The notes: generated from the sequence alone by a model not told the origin. Counted from the whole stretch's first letter, positions 1-14,193 are shown. The stretch is 63,385 nucleotides of DNA, filler included, from Octopus bimaculoides (GCF_001194135.2; 3 parts of 3 records of this genome joined end to end with filler, not necessarily neighbours in it), one strand, 5' to 3'. Numbers and translations: made by a program.

Positions 1-69
1 TATATATATATATACATACATTAATAAATATATACATATTTCAAAATTTATGCACATATTTATCCTCTC

Positions 70-124
<55 letters not shown>

Positions 125-399
125 GCATATATATACATATATACATATGTGGTAACTTATTTTCGTTTATGAATATATTTATATATATATTCCTTAATGT
201 ATGTATTACGTTAATGATTTACCATTAATATTATCTATTATTCTGTCTTTGTATTTATCTGTCTATAGTTTCATTGCTCTGGTCTTAGTCAAATGTATGT
301 GAGCTCAATGAAAGAGTGTGCGCGCACGAGTGAGTGTACAAATATAGAAATAAATAGACAGATATATATAGATAGATACATAGATCTAAACTTATCCCC

Positions 400-454
<55 letters not shown>

Positions 455-730
455 CCTCTCTCTCTTATGTAACGCATTATCTCCTTTATATTCTTGTATG
501 TGTCTTTCTCCCCAACTTATGCGTATCTTAGTTTCGACTTATGGTGCCATATATTCTAAGTAACAGACTTAATAAATATGAATAATTGACATTATTTCCC
601 TTGTTGCAAGAGGTTCCAGATAAGACCGTCTCATTACATATGTCTTCAAACTTACCTCCCCTTCACAGCGTAGTGTCTTTACCGCCATCTTGAAATAGAC
701 CTAATATGTATGTATTCATGTATACATATA

Positions 731-783
<53 letters not shown>

Positions 784-887
784 ATATATAAAGTCTACGT
801 AGATAGATGGATGGATGGATAGATTGANNNNNNNNNNATATTTGTATATATAAAGTCTACGTAGATAGATGGATGGATGGATAGATT

Positions 888-936
<49 letters not shown>

Positions 937-1034
937 AGAAGGAGAGAGGGAGAGCGCGTGAGAAAGAGAGAGAGAGAGAGTGCAGTGATTCGTACATACA
1001 TAGTTATATGTATATATCTGTGTATATATATAAG

Positions 1035-1224
1035 TATATAGAAAAAAATTAAGGTACTCAGAAATCTGGATGTTTGTACATTTACAGATTTTTATTAACG
1101 TCACATATTAAATGAAGCGCTTTTCACCTAGTCGTGTAGGATTTTCAAATTGTTTTCAAACAATTTGAAAAACCTAAATGTACAAACATCCAGAATTCTG
1201 AGTACCTTAATTTTTTTCTATATA
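1035..1224. mobile_element. MITE-like foldback element with 50 bp terminal inverted repeats
   Basis: 1035-1084 is the reverse complement of 1175-1224 with one mismatch; the ends are TA-rich. An internal perfect 14 bp hairpin lies at 1142-1171. Confidence 0.7.
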
Positions 1225-2377
1225 ATTTCTGTACATCACCTCCAAACCTTCAAATATAAGTATATATATACACACAAATATATATCGTTTAATATAAATA
1301 TTCCCTATATAAATCGGTATAAACAAATGCAAATATATTCAGAGGAGCGTATTTGTTCATTTGTAAACATATATCGTCTGTGCATATGTGTGTGTGTATA
1401 CACTTATATACATACACCTATACACACTTGTACGTGCGTATATTGGAACATTTCTGTAGATTTAGTTGCTAAATATGTCAATTCATATGGTGAGGTGCAT
1501 GGATGTGTGTCTTGGCGTTAAATATAGTTATTAGCAACTTGTATACATGACACGAAGTCCCCTTCGTTGAAGTACCAATCTTCTTCACTTTCGATGTGAC
1601 TTTCGCTATGAATGAAAACGTTGGTTTCGAAATGCTTCCTAAACAATTGTTATTAAAATATTGCTTAAACAACGCAATTTCTTCAACCTCTCTGATATGT
1701 GGTTTAAAGCCAAATACAATTATAACTTTAAAAAAAAGAAGCTGTTTATAGCCTTCTCTCGGGAGCCACAAATGAAATGAAATCCGCGAGCCTGAAACAG
1801 TCGTTTAAGCACGTATCGCTCGGACGGTTGCTTCAAAAGATAATTGTTTCCATGATAGCATTCGTATAATATTTCAAAATATATTCTAACAGAAGATAAT
1901 TCAAGATTCCCAGCCGAATCAGCCGAAACGCGAAACTCGGAGTACTAGAAGTAGGAAACTATCAGTTGCATGGAATCGAAGAATACGCCAGAGTTAAGTG
2001 CCGAGTTCTGTAATTTATTGCTTCTTTCTGAATCAACAGAAATTAATGTGTGTGTTTATATATATATATATATATATATANNNNNNNNNNNNNNNNNNNN
2101 NNNNNNNNNNNNNNNNNNNNNNNNNNNNNNNNNNNNNNNNNNNNNNNNNNNNNNNNNNNNNNNNNNNNNNNNNNNNNNNNNNNNNNNNNNNNNNNNNNNN
2201 NCTGGACTTATTCTATGTAAGCCTAGAACTTTATTCTATCGTTCTCTTTAGCCGAACCGCTAAGTTACAGGGATGTAAACACACCAGCATTCTCTTGTTT
2301 TTATAGAGAAAACATGGTTCAAATTGGTACCGTTTTGGATACGATTTCATTGGCCGAGGATTATCACGTGATCAGCT

Positions 2378-2530
2378 AAGTTCTGAGTTGGAACTCCGCC
2401 GTGGTCGACTTTGCCTTTCATCCTTTCGGGGTCGATAAATTAAGCTCCAATTGCGTACTGGGGTCGATCTCATCGACTGGTCCCCGCTCCCCAAAAATTT
2501 CGAGACTTGTGACTAGAGTAGAAAAACAAA
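2378..2530 (+). mobile_element. SINE family A copy
   Basis: Core gtcgactttgcctttcatcctttcggggtcgataaattaag...ggggtcgat, which recurs about ten times in the window. Confidence 0.8.
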
Positions 2531-2644
2531 AAGAATTAAAAAGAACAAATATTTTGATGCTCGGAAATAATGGAAAAGTCTTCGAAGTTTCCAGCTTATG
2601 CTCTTCGACAGAAAGATACATACACACGCACATACACACAGACA

Positions 2645-2647
2645 GAC

Positions 2648-2716
<69 letters not shown>
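2645..2716. repeat. (GATA)n microsatellite
   Basis: Direct reading; similar tracts at about 880-935 and 25898-26076 (compound GATA/GA/GATA). Confidence 0.95.
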
Positions 2717-3299
2717 TGATTATATCTATGTGTGTATGTATGCATATACACAGAGAAAGAGGGGAAATAGAGAGATAAATAGATACATACATACACACAT
2801 ATACACATGTATGCACACAAATATATACATACGTAGATGTGAAGCGAACCTGCGTGACCCATGTTTGGAATATTTCCGTGTCGATGTAATCCTTAATTAC
2901 AAGTCTAATCTCCTCCGACTCATACCCGCCACTGTATATCCTTCTTCTGTTTGTCTTCAAGTATTTACTTGCTTCTGTGGTTCAATGACAAATCTGGAAA
3001 CGAATGCAAAACTTTAATTGACATTTCTAACAACCACGTTTTCACTTCCTATACCGCTTCATACACGAACACACACACATGCAGACATACGTGCATGCAC
3101 ACACGCACACACATTTACACACGCATACACACACATATGTATTAGTACACACTCGCACTCACAAAAATACACACGCATACGCACGCACACACACGCACGA
3201 ACGCACACACGCACATCCACATTCAAAAACACGAACGATTGCTTGTTACCTAATTAACTCTCCATGTCGTGACCACTGAACTTTTTCAAGTAACTTTAG

Positions 3300-3419
3300 T
3301 GATTATCATCATCATCATCATCATCGTTGTCGTCATCGCCGTCGTCATCATCATCATCATCGTCGTCGTCGTCGTCGTTATCACCATTATCATTGTCTTC
3401 ACCACCATCGTTGTTGTTG

Positions 3420-3478
<59 letters not shown>

Positions 3479-3555
3479 TTACCATCATTCTTCTTGGTTT
3501 TGTTGTTTTTGTTAGTATGTGTTTAATGTTATTTCATTGTTATTATTACGGTATC

Positions 3556-3605
<50 letters not shown>
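3300..3605. repeat. Compound trinucleotide microsatellite (ATC/GTC/ATT)
   Basis: Direct reading; explains the poly-I, poly-L and poly-S ORFs in the track. Confidence 0.95.
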
Positions 3606-3608
<3 letters not shown>

Positions 3609-4067
3609 ACTTATTATATAGGGGAAATAATTCTTAATCATTGAGTGGATAATGTTTTTAGTTTTGTTTTTGTTTTTTTCTTCTTTNNNNNNNNNNNNNN
3701 NNNNNNNNNNNNNNNNNNNNNNNNNNNNNNNNNNNNNNNNNNNNNNNNNNNNNNNNNNNNNNNNNNNNNNNNNNNNNNNNNNNNNNNNNNTTTGTTTTGT
3801 TTTGTATTGTTCTCTCTCTCTGTCTTTTTTTTTTTTTTTTTGTAATTTTGATTCCGTTTCTATATTTTGGTTTTAGATTTTCTCAGATCAGGTAAGTTCT
3901 TTGGAGATATTTTTGCGACACACCAAAGACTTGTATAGAGAATACAATTCCATTCAATGCGATATTCTTTTTTTTTTTTTTTTTATTAAGAAAGAATTGT
4001 TAAAACACATACGTAGGAAGATAAACTAAAACTTCAGCACAAAACTCACTTAATTTAGTACCTTTTA

Positions 4068-4146
4068 TTTCTTCTTCTTCTTCTTCTTCTTCTTCTTCTT
4101 CTTCTTCTTCTTCTTCTTCTTCTTCTTCTTCTTCTTCTTCTTCTTC
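4068..4146. repeat. (CTT)n microsatellite
   Basis: Direct reading. Confidence 0.95.
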
Positions 4147-4492
4147 TACTACTACTTTTATTACTTCATCCTCTGCTTCTTTTTCCCCTTCGTCTTTTTC
4201 CGTTCCTTCATGTTTTTCTTCGTCTTCTCCTTTTTCTACTTTTTAAAACTTCTATTTCCCCTTCTTTTCATCTTCTCCCTTTCACTTCTCTTTCTTCTCC
4301 TTTTTCTTCTCCTTCCCTCCTTCCTTCCTTCCTTCCTTCATTCATTCTTCTTCTTATACATCTTTAATCGATTACATTTTTGCTCATCCCAACCACTGAT
4401 GATCCGCAGACTCCGTTAGTTGTGTGAAAAATGCTGTGTGACATTGCTCCATCAAAATATTGAGTCAATGTTCCCCACAGAATCCCTGTTAT

Positions 4493-4582
<90 letters not shown>

Positions 4583-5716
4583 GACTGGCTTCTTTCAATT
4601 TCCGTCTATAGTAGAAGACACTTGTCTAAGGTAGCATGCAATGGGACTCAACCCGGATTCATGATATTTCGAAGGAACACAGCAACGCCTGCGCATATTC
4701 TTCAACATCTTTTTCTTCTTTTTTACCTTCTATTTGTTCTTCTTTCTCTTCTTTTTTAATACCTGAAATACCAGAAATGCACTAAAGTGAAGCAGTTCGA
4801 ATATCTTTTCTTAATATTTCTAACAGATTATTCAGAAATATAATTTGTCTGTGGCTACATATGTCCTTCTATGTGAATACGTATGTAAAGTATGATAACA
4901 CACAAAGAAAGCCAGAAAGACGGTGCTGTTATAGCGTGCAAGCTTCCTGGCCATTTACACCATGGCGTGTATCATAAATATATGAATACGTCAATTTAAT
5001 TCACCAAAATGAACCGTCCTACTAATATATGATTACATATTAATAAGTGGAAAGAGACTTTTGTATAGATTGAGCGGTTAAGCTAATTGAATCGACTCTA
5101 GTGTTTAATGTAGCTGTTACATATTCTATCAGTCGTTTTGTAGAAATATACCTGACCTTTATCGAAATTCGCCGTTATGTCAGAAATATAAACAGATGAA
5201 GTAGATATAATGTAACAACCAGCGATACTTAGTACAAAGTATTCTAGCTTTATCGAAGTATATTTATTCATAATATACACTGTACCGCATGTAGTTATTA
5301 ACGTCTGGTGTTTTTCTATGTTCCATTATGGAGACATAGTGTAACATGTACAGATGTCGCCGCGGTCAAATTCTATTTCATTCTTTCTGGGTCGATAAAA
5401 GAAAGAAAAATACAACAACCTATGACGGGAGATTGGAGGAAATGCTAGAATGTCGAACGATGCCTTGCGGTATTTGTTTCCCTATCTTTTTCTAGTTCTG
5501 TATTTTCAGATAGTTAGACGTCATGTGTTGCTCCAATTGACACTAACAGCGTTGAGCTTGGACTGTTTGTGTACTTAGCGAAATTCATTCTGTTGCGAAT
5601 ATTCGGGGACGGTGCGATGAGAATATCTTTCTCCTTATTGCTCACTAAAGCAGGGAGCTGTGGAAAAAAAATACATTGACTCTACTTTTCAGTTCTTGAC
5701 GAATATAAAAAAAAAA

Positions 5717-5794
<78 letters not shown>

Positions 5795-5939
5795 TATATA
5801 TATGTATATATATATATGTTGTATACCATCTCGTTCGTTTATTCCCAGGAGTATTTAGAAATTTCTGCTGTGTCAAGCTCCTTGATGGCAATGTCGGTTT
5901 CTAATATAATGAAAGCTGTTTGTTTCAGCTTAACTCTTA

Positions 5940-6118
<179 letters not shown>

Positions 6119-6678
6119 CTGTCGTTGTTATTTAGAAATATGTTTTGAGATGCTTCCGGATATATGTATTCTCGGACAATAACAGAAACCAACGGGATAT
6201 TAAATATTGTCTGATCTTGAGGAGAGAAGTCACTAACCAACGTCGTGGCGGTCTGCGACCGTTTTATCATCAGGGAGAAAATTGATTGGAATAAATATAT
6301 TTGAATTGTTTTTATTGAAACCTAACTGCATTCATATTAGGTGAATACAATTAAAGTTTGAGAACGTAAACAAATATAAGTATATATATTCATGTGTATA
6401 TAAATAATCATATATAGATATATGCATATATATATATCTATATGTGCATATATATATGAATATATATTTATATACATTACTCTCTTTCTCTCTCTCTCTC
6501 TCTCTCACCCCCACCCCCCACACATTATATACATCTACGTATAGGTAATGAAGAATACAATTTCTTTTCGAAAGTGTACCATACAGATATATGTATGCAA
6601 ATATAATTCGCATATTCAATCACAAATGCCATTTTAATCGCTAAAGCTCGACAACAGAGTAACAACAACAACAGCAGC

Positions 6679-6743
<65 letters not shown>

Positions 6744-6859
6744 CCTATTTGCTTTCTGCTATTACCATAATATTTATTGATATTTTACATATATTTTCCT
6801 ACAAAAATATATGGAATCATTGTTATTCTGTACTCTAACATATATATCCCCACCGACAG

Positions 6860-7235
6860 GTGCAGGCATGGCCATGTGGTAAGAAGTTTGTGTCCCATCC
6901 AGATGGTCACGGGTTCAGCACTACTGTGTGGCTCCTTGGGTGAATCTCTTAAACTATAAGTTCGGGCTGACCAAGTCCTTGTGAGTGGATGTTAGACAGA
7001 AACTGAAAGAAATCCGTTGTATGCATATTTTCTGTATGTGTGTGCGCGTGTCTATGTGTGTGTTTGTCCCCAGCAACCGGTGTTGGTGTGTTTACCTCCA
7101 GGTAACTTAGTGGTTCGGCAAATGAGACCGATAGCATAAGTATCAAGCTTAAAAGAAAAATACTAGGGTCAATTTAGTCGGCTAATTTTTCTGCAAGGTG
7201 ATGTCCCAGCATGGCCGCAGTCTAATAACTAAAGA
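6860..7235 (+). mobile_element. SINE family B copy (bipartite, with an internal microsatellite)
   Basis: Head ggtgcaggcatggccatgtggtaagaag...gggttcag, a middle TG/TA tract, and a 3' half gtgtttgtcccc...gtaacttagtggttcggcaaa...ccagcatggccgcagtc. Confidence 0.75.
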
Positions 7236-7246
7236 AAGTAAAACAT

Positions 7247-7283
<37 letters not shown>

Positions 7284-8550
7284 TGCACACATATATGTAT
7301 ATATATATACATATCTACACATATAACTATTTACACACAGATATATGCATATACCGAGACGAATACACACCCACACACATCTATGAATTTAGATATAAAC
7401 CAATATATTCAATACATTTTATTACTGTAGACTTTCTATGATTAATCGCTTCCTTTCCTGATCGGTGATATTTCACACTTTCATTGATAATACATCGATA
7501 TCTCAGTGATATCGCAGCTAATCACATGAATATCTCATGAATATAACAGCTAATGCCACAGAAAAAGTTATTTTGTCACATATATCGCATCATTTTACTG
7601 CTTCCTTTGGCAGCTACAAATCAAACATATTTTTTTCCTATCTTTGTCTTCTCTTAGAGCTACAACCCACTCCTAGTTCACAATTTCCAAGAATTTTACA
7701 GCATAAGAACTTATATATATATATTTTATATATATGTCCACATACATTGACACACATACTCACATACACAGCACACGCACACATGCATACACACGCACAC
7801 ACATCGTGACTTATGCTTAGGAAACACTTTCAACTTCCATTTTTTTTCTTATTTTTCTTGATAATGTCTTTCGTACAAGACCTATTTTATATAAGGTATT
7901 TCCTGAATCGCATTATTTTTTTTTCTCAGTCCTTCTCTTTACTTTCCCCAAAAATCTTCAAGAACATCCTATTATCAACTCTCTATTACCCACTTTAACC
8001 AAGATTACATTTCAGACCCGCCCTCAACGGTTACTAGATTTCATTTCCGCTCTCAATGGTATGATTCACAGACGTAAAACTATATTTCCCTCAGGTATCA
8101 CATTTACAAGAAAAGAAAATGACAGAAAAAAAAAAGAGAAGAGGGGAGAATATCGCTTCCTTTTACTTCCGCCAAACAACTAACCGATTCTAACTACTTC
8201 GCTTCGGTTCCCCTCCAAAACCCCCACGGCGGTTTCCGTGATTCTTTCTATTATAATGTATTGTGCAAAAGTTCAAAACTTGTTAAATGACAGCTAGCTT
8301 AGAGAACATACTAACGACGGTTTACACTCTGAGTCGGCAACAATCACCACAAACTTGACAATATTAGTTTATGAATATAGCGTGAAATAACAGAAATAAC
8401 GTTAGGAATGTGTTTATATAGCTAAAATGATCCTCGCGCGAGTATGTGTATGTATATATATATATATGTATATANNNNNNNNNNNNNNNNNNNNNNNNNN
8501 NNNNNNNNNNNNNNNNNNNNNNNNNNNNNNNNNNNNNNNNNNNNNNNNNN

Positions 8551-8603
<53 letters not shown>

Positions 8604-8789
8604 TATATGTACATATATATGTATATATATTTACATATATATATATATTCATACATATATATACATACATGCAAAACTGGCAATATGACCATCCCCAAGT
8701 ACAACAACATATATATATATAATTATTAGAAAAACCTACCTGTAAGTGGGATTAAAATAATGCAAATACATTACTTCTACGCTTACGAT

Positions 8790-8912
8790 GGGAAGGAGAC
8801 TAGTCAATTACATCGACCCTAGTGTTTCACTGGTCGATCCCGAAAGGATGAAAGGGACAATCGATCTCGGCAGAATTTGAAGTCAGAACACGAAGACAGA
8901 CCGCTAAGCAAT
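8790..8912 (-). mobile_element. SINE family A copy
   Basis: Reverse core atcgaccc...cgaaaggatgaaagg...tcggcagaatttga...ccgctaagca. Confidence 0.75.
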
Positions 8913-10089
8913 TTTAAATATACGGCTTAAGATCAACAGTCGTATGTTTAAACATAATATCCAAGACTCTATCATGCAATATGCAATGCTCTGTCCTTAA
9001 GCAAGGCATTCCATTTTACATTGATCCAGTTTCCTCAAACGAAGTGCCGGTGTAACATTCTTTCCTCTGGCTGTTACATCCTGCATGTGCCATTGGGTTG
9101 AGGGTGTGAGAAACGAGGCAGTGTCTTGTTCACCAGAGACTGTACTGGCACCTAAAACATTCAGCGACAGCATGGTACATGTTATCAAATCATCCTAGTT
9201 TTCGAGTGACAGATGAGTCTTAATATAGAATGTGGTATTAGAAAAAGAGAGATTCTGCTGTTATTTCTAGCTGGTTGAGTAATCAGATTACTACGTCCCT
9301 CTTTGCAGCTTTCACTGTAGAGTTGAAATCCTCCTTTGGTGGTGGTGGTGGTGGTGGTGGTGGTATGCAGACTCATTTTTGTCACTATCAGTATTACTCT
9401 CTAACTGAAGCCTCTTAGACGTAAATATTCGATGATTCTCCAAAGACGATGTATTCTGCATTTCGATGAAATAATTAACGGAAGCAGAGTCATATCTGCT
9501 GCCGAGGGACACAAAGATAATGTAAATAATGTAATTAATGTGAATTTTGATCCCGTGTCGTACGGGGTCAGCAGTGGAAATGTTTATATCAATCTCTGTA
9601 TTGTGAATAAGTCGCTGAAAACAGTTTGGTGTCGCCAATTTCGGAAGGAAGTTCCCGAAGCCATTCACGGCATGCAGCTTAGGGTGAGTGAAACTGCTGG
9701 ACGCTGGATAAACACACCGCGTCAGACATATTGCTGCAAGTTCATTTCAATTGTGCACACTCTCAACATTATTGATACGGTTAATCAATTGATATCGTTT
9801 TCTAAATACATCCAATCTATTTGTTACCATGGTAATCATTGCAATATCTATGCTTCCCATCTGTATGGCGACTAATTTTAACAAGGGAAACAATGAATTA
9901 ATATTCGGATCGTTTCATCGGAATACAAGAATGAAGGTGGAAGGATAAATGGAAAGCTGACGACACTGGCATGGCAATTAATTATGGAGATGTTGGTGGC
10001 GAGGAGGAGTGGTGGGGAAGAGGAGGAGGGATAGACAAACAGTCATAATAATTACTACAACAAAAATATTGAATGATAATACTTATAAT

Positions 10090-10425
10090 AGCTCTTTCTA
10101 ATTTTGGTATGAGGCCAGCAATTTCAGCGGGAGTGGGTGGGGCAATTACATCGCCTCTAGTGTTTCAAATGATCTTGCTTTAGCGACCTCGAAAGTCGAC
10201 CACAACGGAATTTGAATTCTGATCAACGCGTATTTTTTTTTTCTGATTTTGGCACAAGGCCAGAAATTTCGGGGTCAGGGTTAGTCGATTGGATTGTTCC
10301 AAAGTACTTAACTCGTAATTTATTATATCGATCCAGAAGGGTTAACAGGAAACATTGAACTTGGAGGTATTTCAATACGGAACACAAACAGCTGTAAAAA
10401 ATGCCGCTAAGCATTTTTTCCAACG
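10090..10425 (-). mobile_element. Two tandem SINE family A copies
   Basis: Two successive aggccagcaatttc/aaggccagaaatttc...catcg/gtcgat units; the second retains the head ccgctaagcattt...acgccctaac. Confidence 0.7.
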
Positions 10426-11599
10426 CCCTAACAATTGTGCCACCTCACCACCTTAGTATCGACAACAACAACAACAAAAACGTTTTCTATTATAAGTACA
10501 AGGCTTGACNNNNNNNNNNNNNNNNNNNNNNNNNNNNNNNNNNNNNNNNNNNNNNNNNNNNNNNNNNNNNNNNNNNNNNNNNNNNNNNNNNNNNNNNNNN
10601 NNNNNNNNNNNNNNNNNNNNNNNNNNNNNNNNNNNNNNNNNNNNNNNNNNNNNNNNNNNNNNNNNNNNNNNNNNNNNNNNNNNNNNNNNNNNNNNNNNNN
10701 NNNNNNNNNNNNNNNNNNNNNNNNNNNNNNNNNTCGGGAGACGGGGTAAGACTATTATATCGACCCCGGTACTAAGCTGGTGGTGATGGTGATGGTGGTA
10801 GTGGTTACCATGATTATGATGGTGAATTTAGGGATTACAACGACGACCATGATGAAAAATAACGTTGACAGTGATAATCATTATGGGGTTGATGAAATTC
10901 TAAACAAGCTGTTTTCTGCTTTATTTTACTAAAGTTTTTAAAAACCAGAATAAGACGAAATTTACAAAAAAAAAAAAGAACAAGAGAATTCACTCCAGCC
11001 AAGCAATTACCCACTACTAACCACCATTAAGTTCAACACCCACCAACACCGCCACTATCACCGTCACCACCTTCACCAACATCACTTCTATCATCACCAC
11101 CAATGCCACCGACAATGTCAGACCCTTATTTCTCAAAAAATCTATTCAAACATTCAACAATTAAAAATAGGAATAAAAGTTCGAGATACAAATCCTCAGA
11201 TGACATGTAATAATTCAAATAGAATTTCGATTCATTTACAAACCAATTATAAATTCACTACCATAAATAACTTCCATACATTTTCATTGTCTACCGTTTT
11301 GTTTCTCACATTTCTTTTCTCCTTTCTCTTTTCATTATTTGTTTGGTTTCGTTCAGTCTTCCATATTATTTTGTTTCGTTATTGTTTTCTCCTTTTGTTG
11401 TATATATTTTACGTGTGTGGGGAGAGGTCTGTGGTGGTGGTGGTGGTGGTGGGGATTTTGTTTTCAGCAAATAAAGACCTTATGAAAAATATTTATAAAT
11501 TTCTGCAATATTACAGTAATAGCTAATTTATTAAGGTTGTACTTTGGAATCAAATGAGAATAGTTGAGTTGTATTGTCTTTCACAGCGATGTTATTACG

Positions 11600-11720
11600 T
11601 CGTTCGCTTGTTATATTAAACATATTGATTTTTTCTATTAGGCAACAAGTAGCTTCCGGCTCAAAAATGGCGGTTTTCTGGGATTTCAGCCATAACGCAT
11701 GCAATTTTGCCTTCGGTTTT
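11600..11720. promoter_or_regulatory. Candidate promoter-like element (adjacent ETS and YY1 motifs)
   Basis: CTTCCGG at 11653-11659 and AAAATGGCGG at 11664-11673 in CpG-containing unique sequence. No linked gene identified. Confidence 0.3.
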
Positions 11721-11903
11721 GTTTGCATGCAGCAGTTACTTCTTTTTTTCTCGTTCTTTTTGTTCTTGCTGTCGTTAGCGACGTCGTAGTAGTTTTCTTG
11801 TTGTTCTTATTCTTGTTCTTGTTGTTCCCTGAAGCAGTGTTGTCGTTGTCATCATCTTCATAACTGATGATATCAACGCTTTACCTCGTTATTAGTTTCT
11901 TTC

Positions 11904-11904
<1 letters not shown>

Positions 11905-11961
<57 letters not shown>

Positions 11962-12009
11962 TATTATATCTTTTATTATTGTTATTGTTGCCATCGTCGT
12001 TGCTGTTGC

Positions 12010-12055
<46 letters not shown>

Positions 12056-12056
12056 A
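11905..12056. repeat. (ATT)n/(GTT)n compound microsatellite
   Basis: Direct reading; a similar (AAC)n(AAT)n tract lies at 6660-6742. Confidence 0.95.
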
Positions 12057-12061
12057 CTGTT

Positions 12062-12290
12062 TAGGCAGCGAGCTTCCAGAACCGAGAGCACCGCCATGCA
12101 AAGTGATTAGTAGCATTTTGTCAGTGTTTACGTTTAGAGTTCAAATTCTGCCGAGGTTGACTTTACCATTCATCCTTTCGGGGTCGATAAAATAAATATC
12201 AGTCACGTACAGGGGTCGATGTAATCAACTAACCCCAGCTTATCCATGTTTTAAGGCCTTGTGCCTTTAACAGAAAGAATTGCTTTTGTT
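12062..12290 (+). mobile_element. SINE family A copy, near full length
   Basis: Head ggcagcgagct...gttcaaattctgccgaggttgac (B-box-like), the core, and the 3' end ggccttgtgcct...agaaagaat. Confidence 0.8.
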
Positions 12291-13145
12291 GTTCTTTTTT
12301 ATTGTCTTTACAATTATTATCACTATCAAATCCGTCATCGTCATCATCATCATCATCATCATCGTCGTCCCCCTCCTCCTCCTCATTATCATCCTCATCA
12401 TCAGTATCATCATCAACATATCATCGCCATCACCACCTTCACACCTGCCATGGAATCCTTCATCACCACTACCATAACTGTGCTAGAGGGATCTTTCCTT
12501 CGATTCTTCCTTCTTCATTCCTTCCTTCCTTTCTTTCTTCCGCTCCTTTTCACATCTGTTTCCTCTCCCTCTCTCCCCGGCATCGCAGTACCTACATTAC
12601 CTACAGCAATACATCGCTTCTTACTCGGTTCCAACATTGTTAACATGCAACTGAAACGGTTGTTTAAATTTACTGAAACTCAATTCCTATTTTCTCTGAC
12701 ATGGAATTAATTAGAATGAAAGGAATCGTGGCCATGTAGTCATTTAAACAACTATTTACATTCTTGGCATCGAAAAATATGAAAATATTTGCTGCTCTTT
12801 TGTTGTGTACGAAAGTATTGTAGCATGAGTGAGAGCAGTTGAGGGCTGAGTGTTTTTAAACGATTAAATCGATAGAGAAGAGATTGCGGAATACAAGGCT
12901 TGGCATTTAGCTTCTTATGCGAGTATGAAAATGTGTGAATGTGTGTGTAAGGGAATACGTGAATGTATATAAGAGTGAGAGGGAGAAAACTCAACATTTA
13001 TTCGCTTGTATGGGTGAAAATTCACACATCCACTCACATATATATACATGCACACACACATGTATATATAAAACTGTACGCATACACACATACTATATAC
13101 ATACATAAACACACACACACATATATTTTTACACGTGGTGTTTGC

Positions 13146-13183
<38 letters not shown>

Positions 13184-13730
13184 TAGTACTATTCTGTTTT
13201 TAAATATTTAAATACTTCCTCTTAGGAAAGACCTGTTTTGTAACACATGTACAAAGCTCAATCGTTGGAATGTAGGTAACAAAAACAGTGGCACGTTTTA
13301 AACTTGAGAAAAGTCTTGAATATTTTTACTGTTCCACTTTCAATAGTATTTATATTNNNNNNNNNNNNNNNNNNNNNNNNNNNNNNNNNNNNNNNNNNNN
13401 NNNNNNNNNNNNNNNNNNNNNNNNNNNNNNNNNNNNNNNNNNNNNNNNNNNNNNNNNNNNNNNNNNNNNNNNNNNNNNNNNNNNNNNNNNNNNNNNNNNN
13501 NNNNNNNNNNNNNNNNNNNNNNNNNNNNNNNNNNNNNNNNNNNNNNNNNNNNNNNNNNNNNNNNNNNNNNNNNNNNNNNNNNNNNNNNNNNNNNNNNNNN
13601 NNNNNNNNNNNNNNNNNNNNNNNNNNNNNNNNNNNNNNNNNNNNNNNNNNNNNNNNNNNNNNNNNNNNNNNNNNNNNNNNNNNNNNNNNNNNNNNNNNNN
13701 NNNNNNNNNNNNNNNNNNNNNNNNNNNNNN

Positions 13731-13768
<38 letters not shown>

Positions 13769-14157
13769 ATACAATATGCAATGTTTGCATCTGTGCGTGT
13801 GTTATTAAATTCATTGTTTTGCTGAAAATAGTGAAGATATTTTTATTTGTGCTGGTTTCAAGGACAAATATTTGAATGAAACTGTTTCCGGTTAAGAAAA
13901 TGAGAAAGAAGGAGTGGGAAAAGTTAATAATCTGAAATTATAAAACCTGCATGGATATGTTGTTTATGTTATTTATAGGGTGTTGAACGTAATAATCGAG
14001 GTTATACATGATAGAGGATATCTTTTAGTAATTCAAACCATTGCATGAAAATTGAAAATCAATGCCCCCAGCAGTTATTTACAAGAAGAATTAAAGAGAA
14101 TTGTTCACTACATTTGGTGGAGTACAAATTCATTATTTTTTAACAAAAATATTATTA

Positions 14158-14193
14158 ACTGTGACTTCGAAGTTTCGGCAATCATCAGATTGT
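14158..14193 (-). ncRNA. Minimal type I hammerhead ribozyme-like motif (decayed), copy 1
   Basis: Minus strand: acaat CTGATGA ttgcc GAAAC ttcgaa GTC acagt. Core boxes are intact and helix III is the palindrome ACTTCGAAGT. Helix I is mismatched and helix II is essentially absent. Confidence 0.55.

Noticed and set aside
780-889. Apparent ~48 bp direct repeat either side of a 10-N gap (also at 39460-39545)
   Set aside because: Identical sequence flanking a fixed 10-N gap is typical of overlapping contig ends, not a real duplication.
2560-2615. Third hammerhead-like motif on the minus strand (CTGTCGA...GAAACTTCGAAGAC)
   Set aside because: Two core mismatches, no helix I pairing, and no flank homology to the 14 kb pair.
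12062-12160. tRNA genes
   Set aside because: A/B-box-like heads belong to SINE copies; no complete cloverleaf could be built.
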